Positions 58,448 through 64,000 of a stretch of 64,000 bases of DNA are shown piece after piece. Origin of the DNA: a virus. Every line of letters starts with the position of its first letter. The stretch's first letter is position 1. The position numbers and the translations under genes were made by a program. The notes beneath the pieces were generated by a model. It did not search any database and was not told the DNA's origin. It was given only the letters and a program-made list of their open reading frames with translations. The stretch spans positions 12,825 to 76,824 of IMG/VR virus record IMGVR_UViG_3300022689_000178. One strand, written 5' to 3'.

Positions 58448-58897
58448 ATGAAACCATATAAGTATTTCAGTTCTCTACATAATTTATATGACGATAATTT
58501 CAAGTTACTGAAGAAGAACAGATTAAAAATAGAAAAAGAGGCAATAAAGTGGCTTTCTGGATTTGGCTATTCATTTGGAACACACAATGTAGGATGTAAC
58601 GATGATATAGTTTATTATTACACTACGGGGAGTCTATCCTTTTCAGTTAAAGGATTAGGTGATTATACGTTTAGATTTATAATTCAAATGTATCATTTTT
58701 GCAATTATAAAACTTCTTTTTTCATGGAAGGATATAAGTATGGAAAGAGAGTAAAATCAGGGGACAAATCAGGGAAATTGAGAGATGAAAATCCTTACGA
58801 TGATTTTCGTTATTACGAGAATATTAATTGGGATTGCGGTTACATATTAGGATTATCAGATTATACAATAGATAGTTTTCTGGATTTGTTTCATTAA
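58448..58897 (+). CDS. Cassette hypothetical protein
   Basis: Flanks GTTATGGTT/AACCATAAC. Confidence 0.7.
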   Translation: MKPYKYFSSLHNLYDDNFKLLKKNRLKIEKEAIKWLSGFGYSFGTHNVGCNDDIVYYYTTGSLSFSVKGLGDYTFRFIIQMYHFCNYKTSFFMEGYKYGKRVKSGDKSGKLRDENPYDDFRYYENINWDCGYILGLSDYTIDSFLDLFH

Positions 58898-58966
58898 CCA
58901 TAACGGCATAGTGTTTAGGGAGTTTGGGCTTTTTCTGCCTAAATTACCTTAAACACCATGTTAGCA
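58898..58966 (+). repeat. attC-like site B7 (near-copy of B5)
   Basis: Arms GTGTTTAGGGAGTTT/AAATTACCTTAAACAC identical to B5; right core GTTAGCA. Confidence 0.88.
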
Positions 58967-58996
58967 ACTCTTTTTCATCCAACAAACATAAAACAA

Positions 58997-59941
58997 ATGA
59001 CTGAAATACTACATACAGGCGATAATTTAGAGTATATGCAGACGCTACCAAGTGAAAGCATTGACTTAATTTATTCAGATATTTTATACGGTACAGGTCG
59101 CGATTTTGGTAATTATAAAGATATAAAAGCAAACCGTAAAGATGTAGAAGAGTTTTATATTCCACACATTAAAGAGATGCACCGTTTGTTAAAAAAAACA
59201 GGTAGTATTTATTTGCAAATGGATACGCGAATTAATCATTATATAAGGTTAATTTTGGAAAATATTTTTGGAGTAAAAAATTTTATAAATGAAATTGTTT
59301 GGAAAAAAAGGAATAATACAAATAACATAGAGACTAATTATTTTAACCTTAATCATGATTTAATTTTATGGTATTCAAAAAGCAAAAATTATATATTTAA
59401 TAATGCTTATTTGCCTTTGTCTTCCGAAACAATAAAAAGGTATAACAGGAAAGATGAAAATGGTTTCTATTGTTTACAACCTATTTATAACAAATCTGGC
59501 AATTATAATAAATACACTACTTTAACATTAAATGGTAAGGAATATAAAGGATTTTATTCTTGGACGCAAAAAACATTAGATAAAAGATTACAAGAAAACT
59601 ACATTGTTGAAGAAAATACAAATGAATACTTATGCTACCGAAAATATTTGCAGACTTCAAAAGGTTCTCAAATAAGCGATGTTTGGACTGATTTAATTGA
59701 AGGTAGTGGAATTAAAAGGGAATACCAAACTCAAAAATCTATTGAATTAATGTCCCGAATAATAAAAGCAAGCTCAAATGTTGGTGATGTTTGCGCTGAC
59801 TTCTTTTGCGGTTCGGGCAGTTTTGGAGTTGCAGCAAAAAAATTAAACAGAAACGTAATTTTAAACGACATAAATCCCGAAGCAATTAAATTAAGTCAAA
59901 AGCGGTTGAACGATGCTTGCGACTTATTTAATTGTTGCTAA
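58997..59941 (+). CDS. Cassette DNA amino-methyltransferase (beta class)
   Basis: GDNLEYM, IDLIYSDILY (variant motif IV), TQKS..L, DFFCGSGS. Confidence 0.85.
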   Translation: MTEILHTGDNLEYMQTLPSESIDLIYSDILYGTGRDFGNYKDIKANRKDVEEFYIPHIKEMHRLLKKTGSIYLQMDTRINHYIRLILENIFGVKNFINEIVWKKRNNTNNIETNYFNLNHDLILWYSKSKNYIFNNAYLPLSSETIKRYNRKDENGFYCLQPIYNKSGNYNKYTTLTLNGKEYKGFYSWTQKTLDKRLQENYIVEENTNEYLCYRKYLQTSKGSQISDVWTDLIEGSGIKREYQTQKSIELMSRIIKASSNVGDVCADFFCGSGSFGVAAKKLNRNVILNDINPEAIKLSQKRLNDACDLFNCC

Positions 59942-60064
59942 CGGCTGGCGGTATGCGCTGGCTGGGATTAAAAGCAGAAACTTTCAAAAACAGATAAACA
60001 ATGAATAAAATTACAGACAATAAAAATAGCACGAACCCCAGCTTGCGTATAACGCATGTTAGCG
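59936..60064 (+). repeat. attC-like site B8 (loop contains the ATG of the next ORF)
   Basis: TGCTAAC .. GCGGTATGCGCTGGCTGGG/CCCAGCTTGCGTATAACGC .. GTTAGCG. Confidence 0.85.
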
Positions 60065-60369
60065 GTTCGGCTTTAATCGCTAAGTTTATGAAAAATACTG
60101 GTAGAAACGCTTTGGTTAAAGAATTTCAAAAGATGCAAGGATTACCAGAAAAGGACTACTATAATAGTTGGGATTGGCTTATGCCGGTTTATCGTAAAAT
60201 ACGAGATATTATAAATGAGCGGTCAAAATATGATAAACATACAAGGACTGAATATGATTTACTTGAACTTGATGCACAGATGGCAATTTGCGAAGTGGAC
60301 ATTGAAAAGGCGTTTATTTCAATCGTAAAGTTTATTGAATGCTGGAATGTTTCCAAAGCTGACCGCTAA
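60001..60369 (+). CDS. Cassette protein (LIAxFM...SWDWLMPV phage family); start codon inside attC B8
   Basis: Family motif LIAKFM lies upstream of the first internal ATG. Confidence 0.7.
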   Translation: MNKITDNKNSTNPSLRITHVSGSALIAKFMKNTGRNALVKEFQKMQGLPEKDYYNSWDWLMPVYRKIRDIINERSKYDKHTRTEYDLLELDAQMAICEVDIEKAFISIVKFIECWNVSKADR

Positions 60370-60496
60370 CGTTGAGCATATGCGGTCGTTGCTGTTTTAA
60401 ATAGAATTACGAACTTTCAAAAACAGATGTAATATGGAAAAAGAGACTAAACAACAAATTGACTACACGGCAATGCCGTATGATGCATTGTTAGGT
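60364..60496 (+). repeat. attC-like site B9 (loop contains the ATG of the next ORF)
   Basis: CGCTAAC .. GCATATGCGGTCGTTGCTGT/ACGGCAATGCCGTATGATGC .. GTTAGGT. Confidence 0.85.
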
Positions 60497-60787
60497 GTAG
60501 TTGTTTCGGGCTGCAAGTTCAAATACTTCTCATATGACCATAAGAAAGCCATAGAAGAGTACTGCACAAGTGATGATTATAAAGACGTGCGTAAGTGGAT
60601 TTCTAATCCAAATAGCTATGAAATGCCTGATAAGCTGAAAGAAAAATATAAGACTGAAAGAATTGGTAAACTACGAGAAATACACTTTGCTCCAACGGGT
60701 AAAGCATATAAATTTAAAATAGGTGCTAAATATGCAAAAACATACGGGTTAGATGATTTTGGTGTAAAAGTATTCCCGTTGGTTTAA
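60434..60787 (+). CDS. Cassette hypothetical protein; start codon inside attC B9
   Basis: No in-frame ATG in the first ~44 codons after GTT. Confidence 0.65.
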   Translation: MEKETKQQIDYTAMPYDALLGVVVSGCKFKYFSYDHKKAIEEYCTSDDYKDVRKWISNPNSYEMPDKLKEKYKTERIGKLREIHFAPTGKAYKFKIGAKYAKTYGLDDFGVKVFPLV

Positions 60788-60791
60788 TTAC

Positions 60792-60844
60792 ACCTAACGA
60801 AAGTATTAAAAGCATTTTAATGCTTTTTAATACTTTCGTTATAC
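60792..60844 (+). repeat. attC-like site B10 (minimal, 53 bp)
   Basis: TAACGAAAGTATTAAAAGCATT-TT-AATGCTTTTTAATACTTTCGTTA, perfect except for one extra T. Confidence 0.9.
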
Positions 60845-60901
60845 CTGTTTTTTTATCGGTGTAACATTATCAAAATAAATATTAATCTAAAATATATAAT
60901 T

Positions 60902-61204
60902 ATGAAATTTGAAAAAGAAATCTTAAAAGCATTAGATGTGTCATTTCCGATGAATGGTGTAGAGTTTTCAAAGTGCGAAAAAATAGAGTATTTAATATCT
61001 GAGTTGCTCGAAAAACAACACGAAGCAACAAAAAAAGCGTGTGCCCAAAATGCTAAAATAAAACTATATAATGAAGATTTATCAGGAAAAGAAATAGATA
61101 TTTATGAAACTGATAATTATATCGAATGTGCAAAAGAAATGAATAGTTTTGCTGAAATATCAAAAAATAGTATTTTATCAGTTAATATGTCAGATGTTAG
61201 TTAG
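60902..61204 (+). CDS. Cassette hypothetical protein
   Basis: Flanks GTTATACCT/AGGCATAAC. Confidence 0.7.
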   Translation: MKFEKEILKALDVSFPMNGVEFSKCEKIEYLISELLEKQHEATKKACAQNAKIKLYNEDLSGKEIDIYETDNYIECAKEMNSFAEISKNSILSVNMSDVS

Positions 61205-61269
61205 GCATAACGAACATGCACTTGAAAAGTTGTGAGGCACGAACAATTATTTTAAGTGTAATGTTATAG
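61205..61269 (+). repeat. attC-like site B11 (near-copy of B3)
   Basis: AGTTGTGAGGCACGAACAATTATTTTAAGTGTAATGTTA shared with B3. Confidence 0.88.
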
Positions 61270-61310
61270 GTTTTATTATTCATTTATTCGTGTCGCAAAA
61301 TATTAAAGTT

Positions 61311-61712
61311 ATGTTCAAAACATTAAACAAAGTAGCTGGTTTTTTTGATAAAAACGTTGAATTGTCTAAAAAAGATTTATCTGATTGGTTCACTCCGCAA
61401 GGTATCAGGTGTTTGGAAAAAGATGGTTATATTGAAAATCAAATAACTAATCCCGATTTTGAAAATGTAACGATGGAAGTTGGAAAGATGTATTTCATTT
61501 CCTTCGGCGAAAATACTCAGTTGATTGTAAGGTTGAGAAAAAAAGATAGTGTCCATTATCATTTTACCTCTTGTTTGCATTATTGGAATGGTTTTGAAAG
61601 TTTCAAGTATTCTGATTATTGCCAGATTTCAGGCATTACAGAAATAAGAGAAGCTTCAAAGCCTGAAAAATTCAAATTATTTGAAATGGAAGTTGAACAC
61701 GGTATTATTTAG
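61311..61712 (+). CDS. Cassette hypothetical protein
   Basis: ATG at 61311 after leader. Confidence 0.65.
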   Translation: MFKTLNKVAGFFDKNVELSKKDLSDWFTPQGIRCLEKDGYIENQITNPDFENVTMEVGKMYFISFGENTQLIVRLRKKDSVHYHFTSCLHYWNGFESFKYSDYCQISGITEIREASKPEKFKLFEMEVEHGII

Positions 61713-61716
61713 TTAT

Positions 61717-61848
61717 CGATAACGTTGAGCATATGAAGCGTACAGGATTTATAAGCAGTAGCCTGTCCGGTACGTAAAATGACAAATAAAGGCACAACTG
61801 CAAAAACATGGCACAAACACCTGTATGCTTTATGATGCAGTGTTATAG
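61717..61848 (+). repeat. attC-like site B12
   Basis: CGATAAC .. GCATATGAAGCGTACAGG/CCTGTATGCTTTATGATGC .. GTTATAG. Confidence 0.85.
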
Positions 61849-61865
61849 CCAGTTAATTTAATATT

Positions 61866-62060
61866 ATGAAAGAAGTATCTAAATATGAGCGATGGGAGTT
61901 TGTTAAAGATAAAAATGTAACATATACCGCTTCCGGTGATTATCCATATACTGGATTATGGAAAGATAAGGGTGGGAATATTATAGCAAAAGATGTTCCA
62001 GTTGGTAAACACATTGGTGCAAATTCAGACAAATATAAACATTACATAGCCTCTGTTTAA
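61866..62060 (+). CDS. Cassette hypothetical protein
   Basis: Flanks GTTATAGCCAGTTAA/TTAATTGGCTATAAC. Confidence 0.7.
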   Translation: MKEVSKYERWEFVKDKNVTYTASGDYPYTGLWKDKGGNIIAKDVPVGKHIGANSDKYKHYIASV

Positions 62061-62064
62061 TTGG

Positions 62065-62155
62065 CTATAACGACAAGCATTGTAAACGTTTAATTTTGAG
62101 CGTTTGCAATGTGTGTCAGCAGAAAATTAAATGTTTAACAATGCCATGGTTATGC
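62065..62155 (+). repeat. attC-like site B13
   Basis: CTATAAC .. GCATTGTAAACGTTTAATTTT/AAAATTAAATGTTTAACAATGC .. GTTATGC. Confidence 0.85.
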
Positions 62156-62193
62156 TTATTTTTAATCATTTCATGGCGCAAAAATTAAAATAT

Positions 62194-62547
62194 ATGAAGG
62201 CTAAAATTTACATAAAAAATTACTTATCAGATTTTCAAAATAGGTGTTTTAATGAAATACCGATTGATGAAATAAAAACAAAATCAGGCGAATTAGCAGT
62301 TAATATACTTTCTGAATTTCACGAAATATGCAAAGCGCGTGGAATAAAAAAGGGTAGTACCGAAATAGCATTAGTAAATGTAATTAAGGAATTTAATCAT
62401 AAATGGAAGATTATTTGTTTCGGTGTTAATAATTTCTTTGAAAAAACTTTTGATATATCTGTTTTAAAAACAGAAGGTTTCCTGGAATTGTTTAAAGCGT
62501 CAGAGCACAAACTTGAATATCTTATTGACATGTATTGTATCAAGTAA
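62194..62547 (+). CDS. Cassette hypothetical protein
   Basis: Flanks GTTATGCTTA/TAAGCATAAC; start at 62173 or 62194. Confidence 0.65.
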   Translation: MKAKIYIKNYLSDFQNRCFNEIPIDEIKTKSGELAVNILSEFHEICKARGIKKGSTEIALVNVIKEFNHKWKIICFGVNNFFEKTFDISVLKTEGFLELFKASEHKLEYLIDMYCIK

Positions 62548-62592
62548 GCATAACGACAAGCGTTGTTAATGCACCCCAAAGCAATGTTATGA
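62548..62592 (+). repeat. attC-like site B14 (short, internally deleted or hybrid)
   Basis: Left arm TAACGACAAGC.TTGT as in B13, but right arm not complementary; 45 bp. Confidence 0.65.
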
Positions 62593-62655
62593 GTATTTTT
62601 TCTCATTTCGTTGCTTATACAAAAAATAAAGTATTCACTATTAAATCATTATCAA

Positions 62656-63015
62656 ATGCAAAATTCAGATTTTATAAAAATATTAACCGAAAACAACAGA
62701 TTATTACGCGAACATACTGCTATGAATTCTAAAAATGAAAAATTATCAAATAATTCAATACTCCAAATAAATGCTAACAATCAATTCATTGACAAATTAA
62801 AGGATTGCAAACTTCCTGAAATAAACGAATTTAAGGTCTCTAAAATAATTGCATCTGTTGACAGATATAAACATCCATTTAACACGATGAATATAAAGCA
62901 AATTGAAGATTATTTACATTTAAAGCTTCAATCGAATATAAAAAAGGATAATATCTTATTTCAAGAGCGTATCGGGTATATTGAAGCTATAATGCTACTT
63001 TGTGAGCTTATTTAG
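62656..63015 (+). CDS. Cassette hypothetical protein
   Basis: Flanks GTTATGAGTA/TACTCATAAC. Confidence 0.65.
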   Translation: MQNSDFIKILTENNRLLREHTAMNSKNEKLSNNSILQINANNQFIDKLKDCKLPEINEFKVSKIIASVDRYKHPFNTMNIKQIEDYLHLKLQSNIKKDNILFQERIGYIEAIMLLCELI

Positions 63016-63019
63016 TTAC

Positions 63020-63113
63020 TCATAACGGTTAAGTATTGCAACCGTTTTTAAACGCAATACGTAAATATTAACGCAACACTGTATTAAAAATGGTTTGCAA
63101 TACAGTGTTATAA
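63020..63113 (+). repeat. attC-like site B15
   Basis: TCATAAC .. GTATTGCAACCGTTTTTAA/TTAAAAATGGTTTGCAATAC .. GTTATAA. Confidence 0.88.
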
Positions 63114-63124
63114 ACTTAATTATT

Positions 63125-63307
63125 ATGAATACAATATATTTATTTTTAGGATTAGTTGCTTTTTTTATTCTTATTTATTTAATAACAAGAAATATTAAAT
63201 GCCCAAAATGTAAAAAAAAATCAGTTAAACACTCTCATACGGAAAGAATTGGAAATACGGACAAAGATGTTTATGAGTGTAGAAATTGTAACGAAAAATT
63301 TGTTTAA
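63125..63307 (+). CDS. Cassette membrane-anchored zinc-ribbon protein
   Basis: N-terminal TM helix, CPKC...CRNC. Confidence 0.65.
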   Translation: MNTIYLFLGLVAFFILIYLITRNIKCPKCKKKSVKHSHTERIGNTDKDVYECRNCNEKFV

Positions 63308-63308
63308 T

Positions 63309-63536
63309 ATGAAAAAATTAGACGAAAAAGGTTTTGTTTTTTTAGATGCGAATAAAAAACCTTATTGGGTAGCTATCAGATGTGGAAACCCAATGCTCGC
63401 ATATTGGAATAACGATGGTTGGGTTAATTTAAGACAGATTAATCAAACACAAATTTGGCAATATTATCAATATGTTATTTCAGAAGAAGAAGCTGAAATT
63501 TATCATAAAAAATATTTAGCTAATCATTGTTTATAA
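63309..63536 (+). CDS. Cassette hypothetical protein (second gene)
   Basis: Stop lies in left core GTTTATAAC. Confidence 0.6.
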   Translation: MKKLDEKGFVFLDANKKPYWVAIRCGNPMLAYWNNDGWVNLRQINQTQIWQYYQYVISEEEAEIYHKKYLANHCL

Positions 63537-63595
63537 CGATGGTTATAAGATTAAGCGATAGCGACCCGTAGGGTTAATTTTATAACGTGTTACCT
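63531..63595 (+). repeat. attC-like site B16
   Basis: TTATAAC .. GTTATAAGATTAA/TTAATTTTATAAC .. GTTACCT. Confidence 0.85.
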
Positions 63596-63655
63596 ACTGG
63601 CACGGTAAATACAGTAGTATGTTGATTAAAAGTACTAACGTAATAATTTTTAAAA

Positions 63656-64000
63656 ATGTGGGATGGACAATATGCTTTTGAAAAAAGCATAATAATACAA
63701 GGTGATTGCCTTGAAAAAATGGAATTAATACCTGAGAAGAGTGTTGATTTTATTTGTTGTGATTTACCTTATGGAATGACAGCTCCGAAATGGGATGAAA
63801 TATTACCTGCTGATAAACTTTGGGAACAATATAATAGGATAATAGCAGAAAATGGAACAATTGCCCTATTTGCTTCACAACCATTTACAACCAAGCTAAT
63901 AAGTAGTAACGAGAAGGATTACAGGTATGTTTGGTATTGGGTGAAAAATCAAGCAACAAACTTCTTTCACGCAAAACGAATGCCAACAAGGAAGATTGAG
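63656..64000 (+). CDS. Cassette DNA amino-methyltransferase, N-terminal part (runs off the window); not in ORF track
   Basis: Hand translation MWDGQYAFEKSIIIQGDCLEKMELIPEKSVDFICCDLPYGMTAPKWD...FASQPFTTKLI.SN. Confidence 0.85.
   Translation, partial: MWDGQYAFEKSIIIQGDCLEKMELIPEKSVDFICCDLPYGMTAPKWDEILPADKLWEQYNRIIAENGTIALFASQPFTTKLISSNEKDYRYVWYWVKNQATNFFHAKRMPTRKIE

Larger units (their letters stand above)
54652..64000 (+). mobile_element. Integron-like cassette array B: 16 attC-like sites, continues past the window end, no integrase in window
   Basis: Sites B1-B16 are listed below. All ORFs are co-oriented. Left core of each site is complementary to the right core of the previous site in most cassettes. 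Confidence 0.88.

Noticed and set aside
5306-63308. ORF-track starts at 5306, 58958, 62131, 62611, 63095 and 63249
   Set aside because: These lie in attC arms, leaders or upstream genes, and better ATGs with AT-rich leaders exist downstream. Unlike 60001 and 60434 they are not needed to explain the ORF.
54652-64000. CRISPR array interpretation of the regularly spaced hairpins
   Set aside because: Repeats differ in sequence and length and are separated by whole genes, not 30-40 bp spacers; no cas genes.
54652-64000. Simple rho-independent terminators between the small genes
   Set aside because: The hairpins are bounded by conserved TAAC/GTTA cores whose flanks match across genes, which terminators do not explain.
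1-64000. Integron integrase, reverse transcriptase, DGR template repeat, tRNA or rRNA genes
   Set aside because: No R-H-R-Y tyrosine recombinase pattern, YxDD RT motif, AAC-rich copy of the variable region or cloverleaf was recognised by eye. They may lie outside the window.
1-64000. Stop-codon reassignment, as in some Bacteroidota phages
   Set aside because: Long core genes are intact under the standard code, and TAA, TAG and TGA all end well-bounded genes.

Overview
This window is about 64 kb of a very AT-rich large tailed-phage genome, a myovirus with a Twort/SPO1-like (Herelleviridae-style) head-neck-contractile-tail gene order. The host is probably Bacteroidota, judged from TAnnTTTG promoters, SD-less AT-rich leaders and Bacteroidota-type cargo families. 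Layout: replication/recombination genes (1-3.6 kb); nucleic-acid enzymes and a sigma factor (7-12 kb); terminase, portal and head genes with two very large putative internal head proteins (12-35 kb); neck, sheath, tube, tape measure and part of the baseplate (35-51 kb); an SNF2 helicase and accessory genes. The main hidden system is two integron-like gene-cassette arrays (4.2-6.9 kb and 54.7 kb to the window end) with 21 attC-like hairpins (..TAAC/GTTA..). The core boxes match across each gene rather than within each site, which is the footprint of cassette shuffling. No integrase lies in the window. Two cassette ORFs begin inside the loop of the upstream attC, one unit is an ORF-less mini-cassette, and one gene has a DGR-type variable region. 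Three distinct promoter classes, a divergent sigma70-like protein carrying head-processing motifs, and a candidate structured ncRNA were also found. All calls come from reading motifs by eye; no database search was run.
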